Below are positions 10,986 through 22,510 of a stretch of 64,000 nucleotides of DNA, piece after piece. Made by a program: the position numbers and the translations under genes. The stretch lies in the NCBI GenBank assembly GCA_030141605.1, contig JAQGDQ010000128.1:310001-374000 (forward strand), written 5' to 3'. The notes beneath the pieces are model-generated. The model searched no databases. It was not told where the DNA came from and saw only the letters and a list, made by a program, of their open reading frames with translations. How positions within the stretch are numbered: position 1 is the first letter of the stretch; every line of letters begins with the position of its first letter. The DNA comes from Tubiluchus corallicola. Taxonomy: Eukaryota; Animalia; Priapulida.

Positions 10986-13443
10986 ATGTTTGTTGGTCGC
11001 CAGTCTTTCGCCCACCGTCACAAACAAAACACTAATCGACAAGGTGAAATCAGACAGCAGCGATTACGGGAACTAGGTAACCCTGGTGTTTTTATTATCA
11101 TACAGTCAAAAATATTTTAGCTAGTAGATAAGATTTATAACATTTTAGCAGCAATCAAAAGATCTACAAAGCAAAATTGTGCTATTTGTTTTTACAGTTG
11201 CAACTTACTAACAAAAGAAATTAAAAAGACGGGATTGTTTATCACAAGCGCATTAATAAGTTAAAACACATTCTGCGATTTTTATTGTAATGTAGAGTTT
11301 ATAACTTTATGCGATTGACCTATGGTTAGTGAAGTGAGGTTATTTTTATTAATGTAATTTTATTACTTAAAAACGCGGAAACCAAGTAATTATGGTGCCG
11401 ATTTATGATGACTGAAGCATTGCGAAACAAGTTGTAATAATTTCAAAAGGTCCAGAAAGCCGTTTTATTTAAGTTAAAAACTTGTATTTCGTGAATTTGA
11501 AAACCGTCGATTTATGCATTTACTTGCATATTTGTACTTCAACAAAGACGTTTTTGTATTTGTAGAAGACGGATTTTTTCAAATGAGAAATTTTAAAATG
11601 GTAAAATCATAAATAATATTAAGGTTTTATAAATTTGTTTTGAGTGTACATGTCTACATTGATTTACAGAGTTAAAAGAATTACAAAGAGGGGATGATCT
11701 TGAAGATATATTTGGAATATCGAGAAACAGACAACAACCCCAGAACCATGTAGAAGTGTCGTCACCACCACGCAGACCTTCTTCTGTTCCTCCTAGACAC
11801 ACCAGTTTAGAAGCACCTCCTGAAACTGCTGCACCGATAACTGAGGCTCCCAAAGGGGTCTCCCCCGCTAATTTACAACCAGCAGTGAATAATGCTCAAC
11901 AAAACAATACTGGGAATGGTAAATACAGACAGTTGCGAGATTCCCGAACGTCGTCACCGATATTTTCTCAATCGAAACTGGTAAGTAGAACATTTTGTAG
12001 ATTAGTAACCCATCAAAGAAAAGTGGCCAGAACAACAAAATGGTATTCTTAATTATTTTTATCTGCTTGAATCAGTGGATAACGCCTTGTAATCATAGTA
12101 CTGGTAACAGTAACGGTGACAGTAATTGTAACAGTAGCAGTAACGGTGACAGTAAATGGTAACAGTAGCAGTAACGGTGACAGTAAATGGTAACGTAACA
12201 GCAACGGTGACAATAATTGTTACGTGACAGTAACAGTAACAGTAACGGTGACAATAACTGTAACAGTAACAGTAACAGTGACAATATTTGTAACAGCAAC
12301 ACTAACGGTGACAGTAATTGTAACAGTAACAGTAATGGTGACAATAATTGTAACAGTAGCAGTAACGGTGTCAGTAAATGGTAACGTAACAGCAACGGTG
12401 GCAGTAATTGTAACGTGACAGTAACGATGGCAATAATTGTAACAGTAACAGTAACAGTAACAGTAACAGTAACGGTGACAGTAACTGTAACTGTAACAGT
12501 AACAGTGACAATATTTGTAACAGTAACACTAACGATGACAGTAACTGTAACAGTAACAGTAACTGTGACAATAATTGTAACAGTAACAGCAACGGTGACA
12601 GTGACAGTAATTGTAACAGCAACAGTAACAATGGCCGTAACAGTAATAATAACAATTACAGTGACAATAATAATAACAGTTGCCGTTAGTAAGTAACAGT
12701 TATAGTAGCATAAACAGCAATAGGAAGGCAACAGTAACATTAGCAGAATAACAAAAACAGTAAAAAATATAATAGTGAAAGTTGCTATTAATGGTCATGT
12801 TAATTACAAACTTTTACAGGTTGTGCAATGTGAACCACCGGGTGACTTTCTTGTTCCATCCATAATGGCGTGTCTGGTTTTCCAGATGTGTGTGGGAGCA
12901 ATCGCGATCTACTTTTCTTTACAGGTGAGCTAAGTAGGTGTTAAGTGTTAATCTGTTTCGGGAAATTCTTCAAAGCTCGAATTAGATATATGCAACTTTA
13001 AGAAACTTGATTTAGCAAAGGTTTTCATGAACGATGAATGCAATTTATGCACCGTAATTGATATTGCCTGGTGAACGTCGAGGTGTAAAAGGCACTCATA
13101 AAGTTCGACTATTAGCTTCGAAATATGGTTTTGAAATAAGCAACCTTCTTATAAATCAAGCTTTAGATATAGGCTTTCCTAGAAATCATCACATATTTTG
13201 ATGTGATGTCATTTGATGTGATCCCACATATAACAATCACGACTTTCTGTTAATTGGACGTTCTCTTTTTTATAGACGAGGAAGTTAAACGCGCAGCAGT
13301 TCTATTCCAGAGCCGAGAAGACGGCTTTCTGGGCCAGAACTCTGGTCATTGTGGCAATTATCACTGGACTTTTCCTATATGGTGTTCTAATTGCCGTCGC
13401 ATTTGGCGTATTAAAAAGTTACGAATGGACAACGTTAGCATAA
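10986..13443 (+). CDS. CD225/dispanin-family (IFITM/PRRT1/TMEM233-like) membrane protein with proline-rich N-terminus, ~224 aa
   Basis: Exons 10986-11076, 11670-11980, 12820-12924, 13276-13443, all GT-AG with consistent phases (1,0,0). The C-terminal part EPPGDFLVPSIMACLVFQMCVGAIAIYFSLQTRKLNAQQFYSRAEKTAFWARTLVIVAIITGLFLYGVLIAV fits the CD225 pattern: PxD(Y/F)L...G..A..(Y/F)S, short helix-loop, second hydrophobic segment. Preceded by a Pro/Ser-rich linker. Confidence 0.85.
12104..12740. repeat. Degenerate hexamer tandem array (GTAACA/GTGACA)n in intron 2 of the dispanin gene
   Basis: About 100 hexamer units with recurring higher-order blocks such as gtaacagtagcagtaacggtgacagtaa. Confidence 0.95.
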
Positions 13444-13686
13444 TCTTTCGGCAACACAATTTTTACTTTACCACGGCAAAGACGCCGTGGTTGAAACCGT
13501 CTTTGAGTTTGATGTGATCAAGTTTTAATGTATAAGTTGCTCAAACTATTGGAGACATTAATCATTTAAAATGAACTCTCCGTGTAAGCCTACTTCACTG
13601 GCGTGAAGCCTTGAAAAATTACTCCTGAATTTGGATGATTTGGCGAGGACAGACTCAATATGGGTAATATGGTGTTCAGATTGAAA

Positions 13687-13812
13687 GTTTTGAAAGCGGG
13701 CACATGCAGAACAGCACAACTCAACTTTCGATACTTCAAAATCTGCGTAGTTTTGAAAGCGGGCACATGCAGAGCAGCACAACTCAACTTTCGATACTTC
13801 AAAGTCTGCGTT
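13687..13812. repeat. 63-bp direct tandem duplication (2 copies)
   Basis: gttttgaaagcgggcacatgcaga(a/g)cagcacaactcaactttcgatacttcaaa(a/g)tctgcgt starts at 13687 and at 13750. Confidence 0.95.
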
Positions 13813-14656
13813 GCTTGAGCAACTTCTTAGTTTATATTTGCAAATATATTTGCTTGTAATACTTAATTGCATATTGGATATACACCGATTAAGAAAATTG
13901 ATTTACAAAAGCCCAAATAATTTGTGTTTTTGCTTCAAACACTTTTCCTACAAAAAGTATTATGTGGCTGTTTTCATAAAGGAGTAGTACACGAAAACAA
14001 TATTGTACTAAAACTCGAGACTTGAGACAGAATTAGTAATTCTGTTTTTCAAGTTTTTTAATTAATAATAACTTAAAGCACACTAACCTTTATCAGAACT
14101 AAAGCTTAAGGTTTTGGGCGAATTAATTTGTTTCATCAATTACTTACTGCAAATAAGCACTGCTTTTTACTAGCGTCTTGTTGAGGTAAAAATACTAAGT
14201 ACACAGAGAGTTATGGGGCAAGAAGGATAAAGTTCAGCTCCGCTATTACAAGCTACTGACCGTAAATTGTAGGGCATAATAATATCACTGAAGCCAGAGC
14301 CATCATCAGAAAATAAATTACGAAAGGAACATTGTTGCGTACAATAGGTTTTATTGTGGGTAATATTAGCACTGCATGCTATAGGTAATACGGTACGAGG
14401 CACCAGTAATTACTAAATGAAAAGGAAATTATCGAACTTCTAGTACTATTATGGTTCGGTAAGCTTGGCATCCCTTTCACACTATAATTGTTACAGGCCC
14501 AAACTTGCAAAAGTTTCTGTAGTTTTGAACATGTTGTGTTTTAACTCTTAATTTATTGTTTTAACTTGAGGTTGTTAAAATTTTAGTCGATTGAATAGTC
14601 TGTTGTGGACTAATGTTCTTTGTATGTAATGTGAATCGACGTAAAATAAACTTATT

Positions 14657-14792
14657 TACTTGCTTGCTTGCTCACTTGCTCGGTCGCTCACTTACTCACT
14701 TGCTCATTCACTCACTCGCTCGCTCACTCACTCACTCACTTACATACTCACACATTCCCTCACTCGCTCGCTCACTTACTCACTTATTTGCT
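14657..14792. repeat. (CTCA/CTTG/CTCG)n tetranucleotide microsatellite
   Basis: Direct reading of the sequence. Confidence 0.9.
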
Positions 14793-17700
14793 TGTAACGT
14801 ACGTTACATTCTCTTGGTTCAAGATTCATTTAAATCTGACAAAAATAGTCATTAATAAAAAAAATGTTGAACGAAATTAGTATAAATAACATCTTGTTAC
14901 GCTTCTTTTTCGTACGTTACCAGAGTAAATTTACATCGTTTAGCGCAAAATCAAAATACTCATCACATACTATTATCATTTGCCCTCGTGTTCATGTGAA
15001 TAGGTTATGAACGTGGGCAGAATTAGAAACATGATAACAAGGACACTGTTGTAAACAGCATGAAAACTGTAGAATATTTTACTGCTCGAGGCATATTCGA
15101 TACGGAGGTTGTTTTGTAGAAACAAATGGACTTTCGCTTAGCCATTTTTGTAACCCCCTAGTTCAGCACGTGAAAATGCATTTGCGTCCTTAAAGTAATC
15201 TATTCATCCAGTCCTTCACAAAGCAAATACGTCATCTCGTCTTTACTGAGGAATGGAATTTTTGACGACACTCAATCTAGGAGACCGCTTGATATGATGT
15301 AACGTGAAATTTCGGTTGATGTTTCTTTCACTTATCCTGAGTCGTGGCAAAAAAGGTTGAGAACAATTTCTGTAGATTTACGCCACTTTTATGTGGTTTG
15401 AGGAGAGACGTAAATTTAGTTTCAGCTTTTGATCTTTTGCATGAATGCGGTGTCTTCAAATTCCTTCGACAAAATCCTAGATGAGTTACAATATGAGATC
15501 TTCGTTAAGCCAAGCGTATTTACCTTGTGTGAAAATAGTTTTTACCCTGAATGTTGTATAACTTGCATTAGCCATTATCAACAGGCACATTGGCTATTAG
15601 TTCCATATTCCACGTTGCCGTATTATCTTATAGTGTCCAGGCGTCATGTCCTAACATAGAGTAACATTGTTCAACTAATTGCCTGTGGAAGCTACTGGAC
15701 CATGACTTGCTGTGTAAAATGGCTTCTCAGAATTTCTGTACACTTTTAAAAAAATTCCCTTTTGACCTTTTATTATAAGCGGTCACTGATGGCGTATTCA
15801 CCTCCATAAACAAAGATAATTTTGAGTTAGCATACATGTATACTGATGTATAAAAGGGCATATGTAAACCATGATGATCACGTTTAGCTGTATATACACC
15901 ATGACAGCTTTTGGAACCATTACATATATTTTGTGCAGACTGAATAAAATAACATACTTATTTTTATTATTTAACTTACCAGTTATGTGTGTGTTCAGAT
16001 GACAGAATTGTGTATTATTATTGAAGAGCACAAATTAAAATAATTAAATATATTTTATACATAATAGATTAATTAAATTTGATTTATAAGTATGATATAT
16101 GGCACCAATAAATTATAAAATTGTATATTCGCGATTGTAAACTTAATGAAAACACTTAATGCAAAAAGTTGCATGTATTATGATTAGGAAATACAACACA
16201 GACTGGTAGGGATAGGACCTGGCTGAAAAGCGAAATGCGTTATGTATGTTTTCCGGCATTTGTTTTAATCTCAGCTTCCCTAAAATTTGCATACTTTGAT
16301 TTTAATGACTTGCAATAATATTATAATTGTGCTTAAACGAGTGCGCGTATGTGACGATTAAAAAGCAGCAGAGAGGGCCTTGGACAAGGTGCAGACCCCT
16401 TTTGCTGCGCTTTTAAAGATATGTGAATTTTTGTAAATGCTCTATTTCAAGTGTTTTTCAAAGTGCAGAACATCTAGACGAAAAAAACGTCAAACTATTT
16501 GTCTGCACAATTTCAAGGTTCCTTGCCATTTTAGGAAAAATCACGAGTTTGATTACCTTGCTTAAACATGAAAATGCTTGCTTTCAAACTAAAAAATTGC
16601 GAGGTTTTCTTGATAATTCTTAGCTTTGCTGTTGCCGCTGTTATATCATCTTCCTTTTCGTCTTATACATTACACCTCTACACATGAAAACTTCAGACAT
16701 AAAGACATGCAATGGTTTTGATGTTTTACTTGGAAACGCATCAGTGCATCTTCCCTTTCTTCAGATTAATTTCATTTTTGTAACTTTGCGATTTATCTGC
16801 AAGTTCATATTTTTGACAGTAATTAAGATGCTCGGCCTCATCGTAGCAACTTATCAGTCATTTGCGTATTCTTACATTAAAATGCGAGTGCTAGTCCAGC
16901 GTCTTAACGTTACGCATCTTATTTTACCGCCAAGTTTTTATAAAATAATATAACCGGTTTAGCTGCATTCCGCCTTGTGACTTTAAGCTTGACAGCTTTC
17001 TGACCCGTAAGTATGCAACCGTGTCCAATGGAGAAACATGCAAGCAAGCAGCACAGCTGTCCTACAAAACTATTGTTATGTGTTCCTAATCTGTGACATT
17101 GTACTTTTAAAGAACTGATGAGCTTTTTGAAATACGTTATATCGGTTAAACGTTTGTGGTTTTCTATTGCTTACATATAGGTACAGATAATGACGAAACT
17201 AGGTATTTATCATTTATACTATTGAAGTGCTATTATAGTCTGGATGAGCGTTATATATTAGCATAGAGTGTCGAGATTTTATCATGATCGTGTTGAAAAG
17301 CAATTGTGCCACAGAATTACTAAAGCGATTAGGCTAATTTTTATTACCAAGGCACGCAAGTCGCTTGCAACAAAAATGCAATATTAGGTTTTGTTTTGAT
17401 TCTCTTTCACTATTACGTAGTGTCGCCACCCGCGGTGTTTGATATGTAACTATTTGTATGTCTCGAAGCTTTAATTGCAGCCAGCCTACTTAAAATCATG
17501 ACTCGTAAAGTTAAGAGACACCAATTCTGGTAAGTATTTGGTCATGTGATGGTAGGATTGTCTATACAGTACTTGAGCAAAACGTGGGTGTATCCAGGAT
17601 TTTAGAAATATAAGTTCTGCTCCCTGCCAGAGCATGTATAGTCACCGTAATTATAAATGAGTCAAGAGCTTTTTCGCGAGGAAATTTTAGATCTGATAAT

Positions 17701-18425
17701 TTTCTCGTTGAGCAAACTTTTGTCGTAAGTGTCATGGTGTAAAAATAAAATAAATAAATATTTTAAAAGAAAAATTACAAGTAATCATGAAGTATGACTT
17801 AATCATAAAAAAGCGAATTCAGGTCACTCACATGAGCGTTTCAATGTTCAAGAGATGAGGGAATTTAAGAATAGTATCGTGGACGACCGAAGAATTTTTA
17901 AAAAAGAATAAATAAATTTAAATTAAGTAAATTAAGTAAGTAAATAATTGGCACAAAACAACTTGTCCGGATAGTGAGAACTTCGAAAAATGTTAATATT
18001 CTCCGTTACTGTAATCATTTGTTTACACTGCACAGTTACACATACATTGTTCGCTCTCAAGGTAATTACTTATAGCGGCCCTTACCATTATTTCTGCACT
18101 GTGCTCGAGATCCTCGATAACCTCATACTTTTGCTTTAATGTGTAAATGCTACAATCATATGTGTAAAAAGTCTTCACAGTAAAATATGTTTTCAACTGC
18201 TCTTTCATTTACAACTATATAACGACATTTTGAATTTCAGTGTGAGAACTTTCAGTTAATGTTTCTGTAATTGCACTCCTCCCATTATCTGCCTGTAATG
18301 ACAGAAAATCTTTTTTACATCAAAAGTAAACCGCCCCTTTACGACCGTAAGTGAATTACTGAAACGTCACCTATTTTCACTTCTTTGCAGTAAGAATTTT
18401 ATTCAATGTTCCAATTCTGTTCATG

Positions 18426-18516
18426 TATTTATTATTATTATTGTTGTTGTTGTTGTTCTTGTTGTTATTGTTATTATTATTATTATTATTATCAACATCA
18501 TCATCATCATCATCAT
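18426..18516. repeat. Compound trinucleotide microsatellite (TTA)(TTG)(TCA)
   Basis: Direct reading of the sequence. Confidence 0.9.
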
Positions 18517-18807
18517 TGTAATAGCGAAAATTTCTAATTATCGTAAAACAAAATGGGCCGATGGCCTCAACAAAGTCTTCATCAAGTTTATCAGTGGTAT
18601 TTAATTTAACTACTGCTGTATTGTGTTTAACCACTTATACGCACATGGGTAGGAAAAGCAAAAGTTTTTGCAGACATCCTATTAGTAAACACATTTTGGG
18701 CAATGGTCACGTGTTAGCTTTAACTAGCACTCACAATATGTGCTTTTTTATCTAGAAATTTTTTTGCATGGCATTATAACTAACACTTAGGTGAATGTTG
18801 TGTAAAT

Positions 18808-19100
18808 ACTACTTCTTTTGGTGTCATCTCCATAGAAGGTGGACTGTCTGGACTCTCCAATCGCATCTATTCTCTGCCAACCTCACACATTCAGGATATG
18901 ACGTTTCCATTCAATTCATCGTATCTATAATAGACTTCTTCTTTTGCTCTAAAAGAATGCGATTCACTAGGATGTTCACTTCTGATGTATCATCCTATGC
19001 TCATCGCCATTGTTTTGGTCTTCACATTTATTCTAAGTCCATTTATTTCACTATATTCCTTCCTACTGTAAGTGCTTCCTCATATCTTACTAAAAGTGCA
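18808..19100 (-). mobile_element. RTE-like LINE fragment, truncated and internally deleted
   Basis: Minus strand gives EINGLRINVKTKTMAMS, matching the RT GL.IN..KTK.M motif. Further on it gives VRLAENRCDW, matching the RTE C-terminal LA.DR..W motif. Stops and frameshifts lie between them. Confidence 0.6.
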
Positions 19101-20073
19101 CATAACACAAGTTGCTTAAAATTTACACTCTGGCAAGTCCTCGACTTCTTCGTAGTAAGTCTTGACAAAATTAGGCAGTAAAACACATTTTCTAACTACC
19201 ACTAGTTAACAGTTAAGAAATTTGTAGCAGGTCCGCCGAATCGTCATGTTAAAACTCATATTGGTGGCCATATTTATTAAAAATTATAATGGTTTACATC
19301 GTTTTTTTGCTCTCACCTAAATTGTAGTATTCAAATATTAAAATGAAAACGTGAGGAATGGAGTACATTGTGCCAACAGGAATGAATCTTGTTATCCACA
19401 TTGTATTCAGAGATATGTCAGGCTACTACTAAATGTTGGTTTTTTTTGTAGCAATAAAACAAATAAATGATTATACAATATACAGCATATATAGCTGGTT
19501 AGTAGTTTCTACCAGGACTAGCAAGAGAGATTTTTATAAGATGTCTGCAGAAGCGGTTCTTTTGTACCATGTGTGTGTCAAGATTTCAAGTTTTTTATTG
19601 AAACTTCTCGATCAAAGTATAAGAGACTTGTAGTTTTCAAGAACAGTGTTGGAGCTCACTAAGGACGTTGGGCATTAATATCTTATTCTCTATGAAGTGA
19701 GGATAAATAATGATATGTTAGCATGTATAGTGAAAGATAGGTAATCAATTGATAATTATGAGGAAATGTGATTATTTGTAATCTTAATGCCATTATTATT
19801 ATTACTAAACATCACGAAAATGTGATTATACATATGCCTTTTTCCAATGGGCGTTTCGAAAATACAATTAACTTAGCAAACAGGTTAAATTGACGATTTT
19901 ATATGTTATCATGTATCTGTTTTAACAAATCTTCTTTTATATAGTTCGGCAAGTTACACAGAATCCAGCTTTTCAGCAAATTCCCTATCCCAGGCTTGCA
20001 ATAAATATAGTGGTTAAGTAATAACCAAAATAGACATTTGGGGAATAGTATATTTGAACATAATGCGGTTAAG

Positions 20074-20159
20074 AATATATATATATATATATATATATAT
20101 CATATATCATACATATATATCATATATCATACATATATATATATATATATCATACATAC

Positions 20160-20197
<38 letters not shown>
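20074..20197. repeat. (TA)n / (TACA,TATC) microsatellite
   Basis: Direct reading of the sequence. Confidence 0.95.
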
Positions 20198-20386
20198 GAA
20201 ATGGGGCAGGCTTTCCTTTCTTTGTCTTGTAGAGCCTAGTATCAATAACTATTATGTTCAACTACGTTACTACATGTAGGCATTCATATGTAACGCTTGT
20301 ACACAATATTTTAACATATGCCTGAGTAAATATTATACGTACTGCTGTAAATGTCGTACAGGTTGCACTGATGTAACTTTGATACC

Positions 20387-21684
20387 ATGCTGCTAAAGTC
20401 CAATCATAACACTCGGTTGATGCGACCGTTTCTGGGCTACCAGAACTTGGACAGTGACGACTTGTGTGATCACACGGATCTAAACAGCACTGGTGATTAC
20501 ATAGCAATTGTTCCCGTAATACCTTGTAACCTTGAGGAACTCGAAGCTATTGGGATAAGTCCTAAGGAATCCGAGTATCTCATACCAAGTGTTTCTTGTG
20601 CGAAATGGAAGACTAGATTACGGAAAATGCATAAATCAGTAAAGAAACGTCGCAGAAAATCCAAAAGTAAGCCTAATATTATTAAACGATGGAAGTATAA
20701 GAAGTTGGATTGTGATCATTGTGAAAGCGAAAGTGACGATCTTCGTTGTGATCCTAAACAGGAAACTCAGGTGGATGCTGTTGAGTTTAAAGACAGAAAT
20801 GAGAGAGTAGAGAACTTGAATAATGAACTAACGGAGAATTTAGACAAATATGCGCATAAAACTAATGTACAGCTAACTCACCACAACTGCGTTAGAACTG
20901 ATTATGATAGAATTGAAGCACTGGAAAAAGGTGTTGTCTCCCCGAATCAAAAACCGAAAAAGAAGAAACTTAAAAAAAAGGTGAGTTATGCAGGAGAAGT
21001 ACCAAAAAGCTCATTTCTTGATAATTGATTTTTGTTGCTTCGACACTTTTTTTATTTTAACTTTTTGCATCAAGCTCATTTCTTGATAATTCGATTTGTT
21101 GCTTCAACACTTCTTTTATCTTAACTTTTTGCATCGATATTGTGACGACTTTTCCGAAATTTTGACTGATTTCAGTAGTTCGATTTATTGTCTCAATCAT
21201 TTGTGTCATACAATTTTGATTAGTGCAATAACTAATCTTAAACATCTCAACGATTAACAGACCTTGTTACACACAAAAGGCTGTGCTGCTCAAAATCCAA
21301 TAAATTAATTAACTAAACATTCAAGGTGCTGATCTTAACATAATAATAAATTTTAAGTCTAGCTTATAGCTTTTAAAATAAACTGAAAATCTGAAATGAT
21401 CTTACTTCAGTAATTTTTTCTCGAGAAATGTTTAAGAATATCAATTACGCAATCGGTTGTCAGCAGTTAAACACTTTTTCTAATGATTATTAACATTATG
21501 TGCATAGGTGAAGAAAGGGGCATGGAAAGCTGCCAAGTCTACATGGAAGTATCTTCGTATTGGATTGATGAACTTGTACCCAACCCTGCATACCCCAATG
21601 GATGCAGATGCTTGGACTCGAGCTTATTATCGACGGAACAACTATTATCAAGACGGGTTTACCTACAAATGTACAAGTGTATAA
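20387..21684 (+). CDS. Uncharacterised 256-aa basic protein with C-terminal similarity to C1orf115/RDD1 (DUF4710)
   Basis: Exons 20387-20980 (accATG, acceptor at 20361, donor aag|gtgagt) and 21508-21684 (catag|GTG...TAA), phase 0. The junction reads YDRIEALEKGVVSPNQKPKKKKLKKK|VKKGAWKAAKSTWKYLRIGLMNLY and the protein ends in CTSV*. The gene structure is solid; the family call is from memory of the human sequence. Confidence 0.75.
21007..21135. repeat. ~65-bp imperfect tandem duplication in the intron
   Basis: aagctcatttcttgataatt...ttgttgcttc.acactt.tttat.ttaactttttgcatc occurs twice in tandem. Confidence 0.85.
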
Positions 21685-22510
21685 CATTGTAATTGTTTAT
21701 ATTTTTAAGTACGCTATAATTACACTCCGTAAGGAGCCAGTGAGCGGATAAAAACGGACGATAGATGCTCAAAAACTGAATGAAAGTGCCAAATCATTGC
21801 ACAGAAAAACAGCAAAATGCTGAGTGCTCGAGAAACAGCAACACTGATTAATATTGTAATTCAGGTTTATTAGGCTAATAACTGATGACGTGTTTAAACG
21901 TGTTGAAATCTTTTAAAACGAAGACAAATGCCATCTGTGTCATCATGTACCAACATCGTATTCCCCTTGATCACACAGTCTTTGATAGCAGCCCAAATAC
22001 GCACATCTCCACTTGTTTACTCCTTTATGAATAAGGCTGGTCTCCTCACAAGCACCTGTTTTTCCACAGAACCCGCGGCTGTTGTTTGTCAATTATTTTT
22101 GTTGAAATCATTAAAAAATTAGACGTCTAGACTGGTGGGGGATCGTTTTGTTAAAAAAAAGCCGTGATGATAAAAACGAAATTATCGCAATTATTCGTGT
22201 AAAAAAGTAAAAGATAATATACATATATAGTACTACGCATGTATAGTAATAATAATAATTCTCATTATTGATGATAATAATAGATCTCGACCGGTATAAT
22301 GTTTATAAACATTAGTACCTTTAGTTAAAATAAAAAGCAATAACAATAAAAATAATAAGAGATTTCGCGTATATTATGCATATGTACTTTGATTTTACGG
22401 TATAAAAGGGCGTTCGTAAATCATATCAGCGCTTGTAATTACTAGTGATTTTTTTCACTAACCAGTATTAGTGAGTCGCCTACTTGCAAATAGAAGCACA
22501 CATCTATTTC

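Noticed and set aside
12093-12740. Four overlapping ORFs rich in TV or LL repeats (mucin-like or antifreeze-like appearance)
   Set aside because: Artefacts of the (GTAACA)n array, which lies inside a clean GT-AG intron of the dispanin gene.
13254-13517. 87-aa ORF MDVLFFIDEEVKR...
   Set aside because: Alternative frame over dispanin exon 4; the phase-0 frame carries the CD225 motif.
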